DNA of 64,000 nucleotides from an uncultured bacterium (GCA_964606385.1 CAZSFZ010000010.1:512-64511); one strand, 5' to 3'; numbered from the stretch's first letter, positions 29,134 through 38,956 are shown. Numbers and translations are program-made. Notes: generated from the letters alone by a model not told the origin.

Positions 29134-32100
29134 ATGTCCAAGACCCTTCTCGTCGGCCCGGCAGGTTGCGGGAAGACGCACCAACTCCTCGATCGTTTCG
29201 GCCAAGCCCTTTCAAACGCGCCGGATCCGCTTGCCTCGGACCTTTTCTTTATCGTTCCTTCCGCCGAACATACCGAACGCGTGATCTCGCTTTTGATCCA
29301 ACAAGGCCTTAAAGGATTTTTCCACAAGCGAGTGACCACGCTTTCCCGGCTTGCGAATGATCTTTTTCGCATCACCGATGTCCCCGTTGTTTCCAGCCTG
29401 ACGCGCACAATGATCATCCGGGACCTTATCCGGGAGAATGCCTGGGACTATTTCAGCGAAGTCTTCGATCAACCCGGATTTTTGGGGCTCATGACCCAAT
29501 GCGTCACCGAATTGAAAGAATCCTGTATTCCCCCCGAAATTTTCCGTGAACGCATGAATGCGCTCAAAGGTTTTGAGCCTGCCTATGGCGCCAAATACGA
29601 GGCCCTCGCCGGTTTTTACGAACAATATGAGGCGCGACTCAAGGCCCGGGGTTTGAGGGATGGCCAGGATGCCCTCCGGATCTACCGGGAAAGACAGAAG
29701 AAAACCAAAGTCCCGGTCAAACGGTTCCGTTCGGTCTGGATCGACGGCTTTTTCGATTTTTCTAACCTGCAGATCGAATATCTTCGCGAGCTTTCCGGTA
29801 TTACGGAGGACGTGACGATCACGTTGACTATGGAAGAAGAAAGGGAAGGCGTTTTTGAGGCTGTGAACCGGACGAGGCAAGACCTCGAAAAACTCGGGTT
29901 TCGGGTCCACATGATGAAAACGCGGTCTTATCGCACGGAAAATCCCGATCTTTTGTTCCTGCAAAGGAATATCTTTTCACAAAAAATCACGGGAGAAGTG
30001 CCTCCGGGGCGTGATATCGCCCTGCTGGATGCGATCGGTACGGAAGGCGAGATCGAGATGATCGCGCGTCAGATCCACAAGTTATATGCGACAGGGGATT
30101 ATCGGTATAGCGATTTCGCCGTTCTTTTCCGCCAGATCCGTCATTACGCTCCGGTGATCGCTTCGGTTTTTTCCCGCTACGGGATCCCCGCGGAGATTCA
30201 TGAGCGTGACAGGCTGAAATTCTCATCCTGGATCGCGGCGGCGGCATCCCTCCTTGTTATTTTCCGGGACGGTTGGAAACGAGAAGATCTTTTTGCTTTT
30301 CTGAAATCCGGTTATACGCGCTGTTTTGGAAAAGACCGGGCCAAGGATGCGATGTGGCTTGCCGAATTCGAAAGAAGGTCTTTTTTGGAAGGAATAACGG
30401 AAACGCGCGAAGCCTGGCTTACGGACTGGAAACAAGGAGAGCCTGACGGTCTTGCGGCATTCAATCAAAATAAAAAAGAAACGCTCACGGCTCTCGCGCA
30501 ACTTGAAGACCGTTTTCATTCCGCGAAGACCGCGGAAGACCACGCCAGGATCTTTCGGCAAGCGGTTTATGATGTTTTCGGCATCCTTGAGCCGAGCAAT
30601 CGTTACACGGTCTTCACGCGGCGTGACGCGGCTTGCGTCCGGCGGTTCGAGGCCCTTTTGGAAGAGATCTGCGGCTATGGACCCGGTAACGCAGTCCCGG
30701 AAGTTCCGTTCGAGAGCTTCGCGGATCATTTTCTTAGCCTTGTGGAGCTTGATGTTTATTCGCTCCATGAAAGGGACAAAAACCGCGTTCAGGTCTACGA
30801 TATTTCGCTTGCCCGTCAAAAAGAATACAAGATCGTGTTCGTGGCGGGGCTGCTTGAAAAAGTGTTCCCCATGCAGGTGCAGGAAGACCCGCTCCTTTCG
30901 GACTGGGAGCGGAGGCTTGTGAACGCGGGCCTGGGGCATCCTTTGGCGGAATGCCTTCCCCGGCAGGACATCGAACGGTTCTTTTTTTATCTCGCGGTCA
31001 CGCGTGCCAAAGAAAAACTTTTTTTGAGCTGCCCGCATCTTGATTTCGAAGGGAAAGAATCCCTGCCTTCATTCTATCTGGAAGAAGTGAGGGAGCTTTT
31101 TCAGGGGCGTGTCCCCGTGATCCGCCAGGATCTTTCCCGGCCTTTTCCCGCGATCGAGGAAGCGATCACGCCGCGCGAGCGCGAGTCCGCGATCGTGGGC
31201 GCTCTCCGAAGCGCCGGCGGCCGGGAAGCCGGGGCAAAGGCCTTGGCCGGGCTCGCGGCGGACCCGAAAAGCCGGGAACGGTTATGTTTCGCGCTGGAAT
31301 CCGTGGAGGCAAAGATCCGGGATCCCAAGATCCTGAAAGGAAGACATTTCGAAACTCCGGTGACCAGCCCGACGCGGGTTGAAACCTATGCCAAATGTCC
31401 GTACCGTTATTTTTCCGAGAAAATTTTAAGGCTTAAAGAGACGGGGGAGGATGTTCGCGTGATGCAGAAAGGGAATGTGCTGCATCATGTGCTCCAGCAG
31501 TACTTTGACCCCCAGCTTAAGAAAGATCGTTCGGAAACGCTTGAGCAGTTCATTCAGCGGGAAATGGAGGAGGGCCTTCGCCGGAATCCGATGCAATGGA
31601 CGGACCCTTATGAAGAGGCGCTCGACCGCCGCGAACTTTTCGAAATGCTGCTGGATTTTCTTCGTTATGAGACCGAACGGCTCAAAAATTCTTCTTTTAA
31701 GCCCGCTTACGTGGAATGTTCTTTCGGCGATCCGGGGAAAAACGCCCCACCGGTCCTTGAAGTCGAGGACCATGGGAAACGGATCAAACTGCGCGGGCGC
31801 GTGGACCGCATTGATACGGATGAAAAAAAACAATACGCGGTGGTGGTCGATTACAAGCGCTCCGCGAAGTTCAAATCGGCGGACCTTGAACTTGGGACAG
31901 CGTTGCAATTACCGCTCTACCTCCTGGCGGTCCGGGAACACTTGGGCCTTCAGCCTCTCGGGGCCGAGATCTATTCCGTTCGTGACCATAAAAAAAGCGG
32001 CTTTTACTGCAAAGGGGCCGCGCAATTATTTGATAAGGAATTTTCGTCGAGATCCCAGCTGCCGGATGAAGTGTTCCAAAGGGTCCTGGATCGCGCGGTG

Positions 32101-32292
32101 TTGTTTTTACGGAAGTTTAGCCGGGAGATAGCTTCGGGCGAGATCTCCGTTCGCCCGCGGGACTGCGAAAGTTTTTGCCCTTACGATACGGTATGCCGTG
32201 TCGAGAAATGGAAATTGCCGCTGTTCCTTGAGGAGATTCGTAAGGAGGACGAAAAAGCCGGACTTTGTGAGAAACACGGGCTTGTCAAATAA
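29134..32292 (+). CDS. AddB-like helicase-nuclease (inactive UvrD-like N-terminus, C-terminal PD-(D/E)XK nuclease with Fe-S cysteines)
   Basis: GPAGCGKT P-loop. C-terminal VVDYKRS nuclease motif flanked by Cys (AKCPYRY...CESFCPYDTVC), as in AddB. 1052 aa. No adjacent addA. Confidence 0.75.
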   Translation: MSKTLLVGPAGCGKTHQLLDRFGQALSNAPDPLASDLFFIVPSAEHTERVISLLIQQGLKGFFHKRVTTLSRLANDLFRITDVPVVSSLTRTMIIRDLIRENAWDYFSEVFDQPGFLGLMTQCVTELKESCIPPEIFRERMNALKGFEPAYGAKYEALAGFYEQYEARLKARGLRDGQDALRIYRERQKKTKVPVKRFRSVWIDGFFDFSNLQIEYLRELSGITEDVTITLTMEEEREGVFEAVNRTRQDLEKLGFRVHMMKTRSYRTENPDLLFLQRNIFSQKITGEVPPGRDIALLDAIGTEGEIEMIARQIHKLYATGDYRYSDFAVLFRQIRHYAPVIASVFSRYGIPAEIHERDRLKFSSWIAAAASLLVIFRDGWKREDLFAFLKSGYTRCFGKDRAKDAMWLAEFERRSFLEGITETREAWLTDWKQGEPDGLAAFNQNKKETLTALAQLEDRFHSAKTAEDHARIFRQAVYDVFGILEPSNRYTVFTRRDAACVRRFEALLEEICGYGPGNAVPEVPFESFADHFLSLVELDVYSLHERDKNRVQVYDISLARQKEYKIVFVAGLLEKVFPMQVQEDPLLSDWERRLVNAGLGHPLAECLPRQDIERFFFYLAVTRAKEKLFLSCPHLDFEGKESLPSFYLEEVRELFQGRVPVIRQDLSRPFPAIEEAITPRERESAIVGALRSAGGREAGAKALAGLAADPKSRERLCFALESVEAKIRDPKILKGRHFETPVTSPTRVETYAKCPYRYFSEKILRLKETGEDVRVMQKGNVLHHVLQQYFDPQLKKDRSETLEQFIQREMEEGLRRNPMQWTDPYEEALDRRELFEMLLDFLRYETERLKNSSFKPAYVECSFGDPGKNAPPVLEVEDHGKRIKLRGRVDRIDTDEKKQYAVVVDYKRSAKFKSADLELGTALQLPLYLLAVREHLGLQPLGAEIYSVRDHKKSGFYCKGAAQLFDKEFSSRSQLPDEVFQRVLDRAVLFLRKFSREIASGEISVRPRDCESFCPYDTVCRVEKWKLPLFLEEIRKEDEKAGLCEKHGLVK

Positions 32293-32363
32293 GCCCGATA
32301 CGCTTATGATAACCCGACGTCGATGATTGACAGGGTGAGAAAAAAAAGGAGTTCATAAACGTC

Positions 32364-33113
32364 ATGCATACTAAAAAGATCCTGGTCGTGGACGATGATC
32401 CGGATGTTCTGGCGGTGCTTTCTCAGAGGTTTGTCTCCTCCGGGTATGAAGTCTGCACCGCTAAAGACGGCGAAGACGCGATCGCCAAGACCAAATCCGA
32501 AAAACCCGCCCTGATTGTCATGGACGTGCTCATGCCGAAGCTTACCGGGTATGAGGTGCTTGAGGCGATCCGGAAAGACGATGCTTCGCGAAAGATCCCG
32601 GTCATTGTTATTTCAGCCAAAGGAAGCATGCGGGAGTTTTTTGCGGACCGTCCCGGAGTGGAGTTCATCGCCAAGCCTTATGATCCCAAGGTGCTTTTGT
32701 CGAAAGTGGAAAGGCTCCTGTGGGAAAGCGGGCAGCAGAATCCGGAGGCCTCAAACCGGGTCGTGCTGCTGGGCGTTCAGGAAGCCCTCACGAACAAGAT
32801 CCAGATGCTTATTCAGTCGCTGAACCATCAGGTTTTTATCGCCTTGAATGAGGAGGACGCCTTTCAGGTGGCGCAGCGGGTGAGCGCCGGCAATATCCTT
32901 TGCCAGTTCTGGGAGGATGAGAGTGTTTTGAGCGCCAAGAAACTCAAAGCGAAATTCGATAATCATCCCTTATTCAAACATGTCCCGCTTTATGTTTACG
33001 CCGAAGACAGGATCTCCGTGGAAGCCCTGAAAGTCTTCTCCACGGGAAGGGTCATCGTCTACAGCACCAAGGAAGAGCTTCTGGAAAAAATAAGCGAGCT
33101 TTTCAGGGATTAA
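32364..33113 (+). CDS. Response regulator: REC domain plus C-terminal degenerate (pseudo-)receiver domain, paralog 1
   Basis: VVDDDP...VMDVLMPKLTGYE...KP REC motifs. The C-terminal half lacks the acidic pocket. Confidence 0.75.
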   Translation: MHTKKILVVDDDPDVLAVLSQRFVSSGYEVCTAKDGEDAIAKTKSEKPALIVMDVLMPKLTGYEVLEAIRKDDASRKIPVIVISAKGSMREFFADRPGVEFIAKPYDPKVLLSKVERLLWESGQQNPEASNRVVLLGVQEALTNKIQMLIQSLNHQVFIALNEEDAFQVAQRVSAGNILCQFWEDESVLSAKKLKAKFDNHPLFKHVPLYVYAEDRISVEALKVFSTGRVIVYSTKEELLEKISELFRD

Positions 33114-33174
33114 GATCTTCCTCCGATCTTCGCGTCGCGGTTGAAAGCCATATTCAGACGGAGCCTGGTTTTGC

Positions 33175-33924
33175 ATGCCTTCTAAAAAAATCCTCATTGC
33201 CGATGATGACGCCAATCTTTTGACTATTCTCGAGAAACGTCTGATCGCTTCCGGCTATGAAGTGGTGACCGCGAGGGACGGCGCGGAAGCCTTGGCGGTG
33301 GTCGGCGCCCAAATGCCGGACCTGATCGTGATGGATGTTATCATGCCCAAGATGACCGGCTACGAAGTGCTCGAAAAGATCCGCAGTATGGATTCCCTCC
33401 GGAAGATCCCGGCTATCATTATTTCCGCGAAAGGAAGCATGCGGGATTTTTTTATCGATCTTAGCGGCGTGGAGTTTATGTCCAAGCCCTATGAGATCAA
33501 GATGCTTCTTACCAAGGTCGAACGGCTTCTTTGGGAGAGCGAAGGGAAGGATCAGGACGGTTCCAGGCGCATCGTTCTTCTAGGCGCGCAGGAAGCACTT
33601 TTGAATAAGATCCAGGCCGCCGTCGGTGAATTAGGGTATCAGGCCTTTGCGGCGCTCAACGAAGAAGATGCCCTGAATCTGGCGAAGCAGGTAAATGCCG
33701 CGAATGTGCTCTGCCAATTTTGGGAAGATGAGAATATTTTAAGCGCTCCCAAGCTGAAGGAGAAACTGGCCGGGCACCCGCTGCTCGGCGAAGTATCCCT
33801 GCATGTGTATTGCGATGAGAGGCTTTCTTCCGAGGCGATGAGGAGTTTTTCGGACGGACGGCTTCTTATCTATCGCGACGAGACGGATCTGATCGATAAG
33901 GTCGTCGAGCTTTTCAGAGAATAA
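33175..33924 (+). CDS. Response regulator: REC plus pseudo-receiver, paralog 2 (tandem duplicate)
   Basis: Same length (249 aa) as its upstream neighbour and aligns to it without gaps at about 55-60% identity. Confidence 0.75.
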   Translation: MPSKKILIADDDANLLTILEKRLIASGYEVVTARDGAEALAVVGAQMPDLIVMDVIMPKMTGYEVLEKIRSMDSLRKIPAIIISAKGSMRDFFIDLSGVEFMSKPYEIKMLLTKVERLLWESEGKDQDGSRRIVLLGAQEALLNKIQAAVGELGYQAFAALNEEDALNLAKQVNAANVLCQFWEDENILSAPKLKEKLAGHPLLGEVSLHVYCDERLSSEAMRSFSDGRLLIYRDETDLIDKVVELFRE

Positions 33925-33930
33925 GTTCTG

Positions 33931-35898
33931 CTAGACCCGCAGTTGTTTTTCAGCGTCCACCACATCCCGGTCGATCATGTCCCGCGCGCGTCTCGCCTTG
34001 GCCTTGAGCCCTTCGGAGGCGTGGGGCGCATTCGCGATCTCCCGCAGTAATTGGATCACCATCCGGATATACCGGACGAGGCTTCCTTCGTCTTCCGAGG
34101 TCATCTGGCAGATCTTTTCGAAGTCTTTACCCTGCGTCCACGCTTCTACAGCACGAGCCAGATGAAAATAGGGAGGTTTGGTGTGGGGGGTGACCCGGAA
34201 ATTGGATTCCCACTTGTAGATCATCCGGTGATAATGCTGCGTCATTTTAAGGAGTTCGCCGTGTTCTCTGCCGAGCCGCGGGGCTTCGTCGTTCTTCCGG
34301 GGTTCAAAGATCATGCCGGCAAGAAGGACATTCAATTTGGCTTCATCCAGTTGCTCCAGGGCCCCATCCGTATACATTTCCGTGAGGAGCAATTCAAAGC
34401 CGAAGATCGAGGCCGCGAATTCCCCTTTGACCGTGAGAACCCCCTGCGTTTCAGTAGCGCCCTGGTCGGTGATGTAGCCCATTTCCTGCAGGAGCGCGAG
34501 CTTATTCTTGAGAAGATCGAGCCCTTCCTCTCGTTTGCGTTTGGAAGATTGAAAAAAATGGAACGATCGGGGATAGATCTCAAGCAGCCTGTGCCCGAGC
34601 ATTTTATAGAGGTTCAGGAGCGTCGCGTAGGTGGCATTCAGCTGGCTCCGCACGGGTTCCGGCCTTCCATAGAGGATGCGCTCCACTTCGGGAAAGGGGA
34701 TATCGTTCGGATGGATGCGGCAGTAAACGAACCCTTCCGGGTCCATGCCGCGCCGCCCCGCGCGGCCGGCCATTTGAAAGAAATCCCGGGTGGTGAGCGG
34801 TTTGAACCCCGTGCCGTAAAATTTCTCCAACTCGTCAAAAACCACGGTACGGGCCGGCATGTTGATGCCGAGAGCGAAAGTTTCCGTCGTGAAGATCAGC
34901 TTGATCAGGCGGCTGGTGAAAAGACGTTCGATGACTTCTTTTAAAGTGGGAAGCATGCCCGCGTGATGGTAGGCGATCCCTTGCTCGACAAGCGGCCGGA
35001 TCTCCTCCGCGGTTTTGTCGCCCGCCAGATCAAAGCGCGTCAGGAGTTCGTCGTAAAGCCGGCGGATCTCGCGGCGTTCCGTCTCGCGGACAAGATCGAA
35101 ATGCGCGACCTCCCAAGCCAGCATGGCCGTGCGCTTTCGTCCGAAGGCGAAATAAATGGCGGGGAGCTGGTCTTCATGGATCAGATGTTTCAGAATATCG
35201 TGAAGCCGGTTTGGCCTCGCGCGAGGCGGCTGCCAGCCGCGGCGTCTTTCCCGCATCGAAAGCTTCCAATTATCGCGTTGGAGGTAACCTTCCTTACGGA
35301 GCGACTTCGTGTTGGTGAGGATTTTGCCCTGGCACTGAAAAAGGAAATGGAGCGGGACCGGGCGATGCGTTTCCTCAATGACGGCGATCGGGCGCTCATG
35401 GATCTGTCGGATCCATGCGGCAAGCTCCTGGACGTTCGGGATCGTAGCGCTCAGGGCCAGGATGCGTATCTCGGGCGGAGTGAAAAGAAGCGCTTCCTCC
35501 CAAACCGTCCCGCGTTGGGCGTCATCCAGGTAATGGACCTCGTCAAAGACGACCCAGCCGATCTTTCGGATGCGGTCCGCATTCTCGAAAAGGGAATTCC
35601 GGTAGATCTCGGTCGTCATGATGAGGAGGGGCGCCTCGGAGTTGATCGAGACATCCCCGGTGAGGATCCCTACGGTGTCGCTTCCGAAATGTTGCTGAAA
35701 ATCCCGGAATTTCTGGTTACTCAGGGCCTTGATGGGGGCGGTATAGATCACCTGTTCGCCGCGGGACAGGGCCTTCTCGATGGCTTTTTCGGCGATGAGC
35801 GTTTTCCCCGATCCCGTGGGCGCGGAAACGAGCAAGGAATGCTCCTTTTCGATCCACTCGATCGCCTGCAGCTGGAAAGGGTCTAATTGAAAAGGCAT
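33931..35898 (-). CDS. Ski2-like DEVH-box SF2 helicase (HelY-type)
   Basis: APTGSGKT motif I, DEVH motif II, SAT motif III and QMAGRAGRRG motif VI. Confidence 0.85.
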   Translation of the reverse strand: MPFQLDPFQLQAIEWIEKEHSLLVSAPTGSGKTLIAEKAIEKALSRGEQVIYTAPIKALSNQKFRDFQQHFGSDTVGILTGDVSINSEAPLLIMTTEIYRNSLFENADRIRKIGWVVFDEVHYLDDAQRGTVWEEALLFTPPEIRILALSATIPNVQELAAWIRQIHERPIAVIEETHRPVPLHFLFQCQGKILTNTKSLRKEGYLQRDNWKLSMRERRRGWQPPRARPNRLHDILKHLIHEDQLPAIYFAFGRKRTAMLAWEVAHFDLVRETERREIRRLYDELLTRFDLAGDKTAEEIRPLVEQGIAYHHAGMLPTLKEVIERLFTSRLIKLIFTTETFALGINMPARTVVFDELEKFYGTGFKPLTTRDFFQMAGRAGRRGMDPEGFVYCRIHPNDIPFPEVERILYGRPEPVRSQLNATYATLLNLYKMLGHRLLEIYPRSFHFFQSSKRKREEGLDLLKNKLALLQEMGYITDQGATETQGVLTVKGEFAASIFGFELLLTEMYTDGALEQLDEAKLNVLLAGMIFEPRKNDEAPRLGREHGELLKMTQHYHRMIYKWESNFRVTPHTKPPYFHLARAVEAWTQGKDFEKICQMTSEDEGSLVRYIRMVIQLLREIANAPHASEGLKAKARRARDMIDRDVVDAEKQLRV

Positions 35899-35925
35899 GC
35901 CCTGGCCTCTATTTTCTTTTATTAA

Positions 35926-35953
35926 AGGTTGCTAGGACTAGTCCAATTAACCT
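35926..35953. promoter_or_regulatory. 27-bp near-palindromic motif copy 1 (AGGTTGCTAGGACTAGTCCAATTAACCT) in the divergent helicase/OMP promoter region
   Basis: The reverse complement recurs at 43116-43142 with 2 mismatches. Contains the perfect palindrome GGACTAGTCC. Confidence 0.5.
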
Positions 35954-36142
35954 TTGAATCTTCTGAAGGGGAATTGGACATGGCGGTAGTATAACCTGAA
36001 ACCCGGGGCACGGGGAATGATGAACACTCGTGTCCCGCGAGATTTGTAAATTGCTTTTCCAGAAGGGTAGGGGTAGACTACGCCCAATTGTATTCTGTGG
36101 TTTTTTTGGGTATTACGTGAAGAAAGGCTTATAAAAATTCCG

Positions 36143-37564
36143 ATGAGATCCAGATCCTTTTTTTGTCTCGCCCTTTTGCTTCTGCTGCTTTCCTCGGGCG
36201 CCGCTGTTTTTGCCGAGGACATTACCAATGAAGCTCAAACCGTTCAGCGCGAAACTTTTCGTGCGGATCAGGCCGAACGGGTTGCCGAAAAATCCAAGGA
36301 AAAAGCCGACGCGGATAAGTACAAGACGGGCGTCACGTACGAAGACATTCTCAAAGATCCGGACAATATCGAGCTGAACGCCCGTTATGCCCAGGATCAG
36401 ATCGCCCGGGGGGAGCTTTTAAGCGCGGCCGCGACCCTGGAGCGCATGCTGCTCGTGAACCCCAATCTGGCGGATGTGCGGCTCTTATACGCCGTGGTCC
36501 TGTACCGCTTGGACAGCCTTAATGAAGCCCAGAAGGAACTGGAATCTCTCAAGACCGTTACGCTCCCGCCGGAGATCCGCACCCAGGTTACGGAATACGA
36601 GAAAAAGATCAAATCGAGGAAACGCCGGACCCGTTTCGGGATCCGTCAAAGCGTAGGGTGGGGCTATGACACGAACCGGAACGCGGCGCCTTCTTCGAAA
36701 TTCCAGCTGGTGAACGATATCGCTCAGCCTCTGACCGGGTCCAATACCCGGCATCCCGACACTCATTTTTTGAATATTTCCAGCTTTGACGTGACGCATG
36801 ACCTGGGCTTTCAGGCCGGGCACTCGGTGTTCGGAAACTTCACCTACTTTCTCCAAGAGCAAACAACGGTCGATTCGCTGGATCTCGGATCTTTTCAATA
36901 TGAGTTGGGCGGTACTTACAAATGCCGGTGGTTTGATTTCTCCCCGTCCTTTATTGCGAGCAACATCTTTCTTTCCCGGGAAAGCTTTTTGAGGACCCAG
37001 GGCGGGAATTTTCTTTTCGAGCGGGACGTGACCAAGAAGATCAAGGCTTTCTATGACTTCCGGATGGAGCGGCAGGATTATCTGAATACGACGGAAAATA
37101 CGGATTCTTACGATTATAAAGGCCCGGAGTTCAGCCATTTCTGGGGGGCGAGCTACGTGATCCTTCCGACCATGAAATGGACCACGAGCCTCGGTTTTTC
37201 AGATAAATCCGCCAAACAAAGCTATAACGCTTATGACCGTCTGAGTCTTAACAATTCACATACCTGGGTCCTTCCCAAGGGACAGTTCCTTATTAACGCG
37301 ATCAATGTGAATTTCGATAACTACGATCGCGCGGAAGAGACCGTGGCTGGGAAGGTTCGTCACGACAGAGCGATGAGATATCGCATTACTTACGGGACGC
37401 CGCTCAACACGATCTTTTTTAACAGTAAGCTTCTCATCAAGCCGCTCAAAGACATCGTCTTTACGGGCTCCTACGAGATCTACCGCTCCCTCTCCAGCAT
37501 CACCAATTACAGTTATACAAATAACAAGTTCCAGCTCATGCTCACCAAGCGATTGGAGTTCTAG
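36143..37564 (+). CDS. Outer-membrane beta-barrel protein with N-terminal TPR region (Slam/DUF560-like architecture)
   Basis: Signal peptide, TPR-like helices, an aromatic-rich beta-strand region and a C-terminal Phe. Confidence 0.55.
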   Translation: MRSRSFFCLALLLLLLSSGAAVFAEDITNEAQTVQRETFRADQAERVAEKSKEKADADKYKTGVTYEDILKDPDNIELNARYAQDQIARGELLSAAATLERMLLVNPNLADVRLLYAVVLYRLDSLNEAQKELESLKTVTLPPEIRTQVTEYEKKIKSRKRRTRFGIRQSVGWGYDTNRNAAPSSKFQLVNDIAQPLTGSNTRHPDTHFLNISSFDVTHDLGFQAGHSVFGNFTYFLQEQTTVDSLDLGSFQYELGGTYKCRWFDFSPSFIASNIFLSRESFLRTQGGNFLFERDVTKKIKAFYDFRMERQDYLNTTENTDSYDYKGPEFSHFWGASYVILPTMKWTTSLGFSDKSAKQSYNAYDRLSLNNSHTWVLPKGQFLINAINVNFDNYDRAEETVAGKVRHDRAMRYRITYGTPLNTIFFNSKLLIKPLKDIVFTGSYEIYRSLSSITNYSYTNNKFQLMLTKRLEF

Positions 37565-37566
37565 TC

Positions 37567-38907
37567 ATGAAAAAAACGATAGCCTCCTTTTCCGTTTTCT
37601 TTCTCATGATCTCGGAGCCTTTGCTTTTCGCTCAAATGGCGGTTCCCATGCCGGCGATCGCGCAGGCTTCTGGTTTGGAGAGGGTGGGTGTGGTCGCAGC
37701 GGCGGGAGGCAAGGTCGAGTTGACAACGCCGGGACAGGTGGGGCGCATCGCTCAGAGCGGTCAAGCGATCTTCCTTGGGGATGAGGTCAGGACCGACGCC
37801 CTGGGTCACCTTCAGATCCTTCTCTTGGATGAAACGGTTTTTACGATCGGTCCGAACAGCACGATCATCATTGATAAATTCGTATATGACCCCAAGAGCC
37901 AAAAGGGCGAGATCAAGGCCAGCATCACGAAGGGCGTTTTCCGTTATGTGTCCGGAAAGATCGCGGCCAAGAATCCCGACGCGGTCAAAGTCAAGCTTCC
38001 CGCGGCGACGCTCGGATTCCGCGGGACGATCGTCGGTGGATCAGTCGGCGGGAACGGCCAAGGGCTTGCGGCGCTTCTGGGTCCGGGGTCCAACAATGAC
38101 GCCGGCGCTCCGGGGGGTAATTTTACCATTGAAGGAACAGACGGCGGTTTCCAAAGTGTCAGCCGGACGGGATTCGGGGTCGAATTCGACGGGAATGGAG
38201 GCGTCTCGGGAGTGTTCCAGTTATCCGGTGACCAGATCAACGGCCTGACGGGAGGCCTTGGCGGCGGCGCTCCGGGAAGCGGAGGTCAGGGTTCCGGAGG
38301 AGGCAATGAGAACGGTTTTGGTGGCGATGGCAATATGGGTAACCTTTCCGGCGAGAATAATGTGCTCGGTGGGATGAATGGGAACATGATAAACGGCATT
38401 TCCGGTTTTGCGGATGGACTTTATGCTCAGAGCGTGATCGGGGCCCAGGAGGCGGCTCAAAGCGGGGTATCCGGAGTGAAGGACGGCATTACTCAATCTT
38501 CGGATCTCTCCACGATCACAAGCGGGGTTTTCCATTACTATGCCACGGGAACCTATTATGGATCTGGAACCATGACGGCTGAAATTGATATTGATTTTTC
38601 TTCCAAGACAATTGTTGGGGGCAACTCTTACGTTTCTATTAGTGACGGGGCGTATAGCGACAAAACTGCCGGAATGTCCACTCCTGTGTCCTTTGGCAGC
38701 TCCGGAGATGCGACTTTTCATTGGACTAATGTTTCTGGAAGTTCTGGAACCTTTACCAATATTAATATCACGCTTTTCAATTCAGGAGGTGTTGTTGCGG
38801 AACAAGCGACGGTAAAGGTTGATTATGTTCCGATTAGCGTTGGCCCGGCTTCCGGCAGCGGAAGTGCCGAAGGGCCCCGTTTGGACGGGCCGACACCGGA
38901 TGTTTAA
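37567..38907 (+). CDS. Secreted FecR-domain protein, paralog 1, with Gly/Asn-rich and Ser/Thr-rich C-terminal extension
   Basis: Signal peptide. FecR-like core GDEVRTDALGHLQILLLDETVFTIGPNSTIIIDKFVYDP...TLGFRGT. Confidence 0.7.
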   Translation: MKKTIASFSVFFLMISEPLLFAQMAVPMPAIAQASGLERVGVVAAAGGKVELTTPGQVGRIAQSGQAIFLGDEVRTDALGHLQILLLDETVFTIGPNSTIIIDKFVYDPKSQKGEIKASITKGVFRYVSGKIAAKNPDAVKVKLPAATLGFRGTIVGGSVGGNGQGLAALLGPGSNNDAGAPGGNFTIEGTDGGFQSVSRTGFGVEFDGNGGVSGVFQLSGDQINGLTGGLGGGAPGSGGQGSGGGNENGFGGDGNMGNLSGENNVLGGMNGNMINGISGFADGLYAQSVIGAQEAAQSGVSGVKDGITQSSDLSTITSGVFHYYATGTYYGSGTMTAEIDIDFSSKTIVGGNSYVSISDGAYSDKTAGMSTPVSFGSSGDATFHWTNVSGSSGTFTNINITLFNSGGVVAEQATVKVDYVPISVGPASGSGSAEGPRLDGPTPDV

Positions 38908-38956
38908 AAAACTGAAAACTAGCCCATTTTGAATTCAAGGCGGTAAGGAAAATCCC

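Noticed and set aside
29212-31908. Several minus- and plus-strand internal ORFs inside the AddB-like gene (29212-29964, 30223-31038, 31426-31908, 31475-32131)
   Set aside because: They are nested within a 1052-aa ORF that has an end-to-end AddB architecture.
34051-35886. Plus-strand ORFs 34051-34944 and 34963-35886 opposite the Ski2-like helicase
   Set aside because: The helicase has all SF2 motifs in order on the minus strand.
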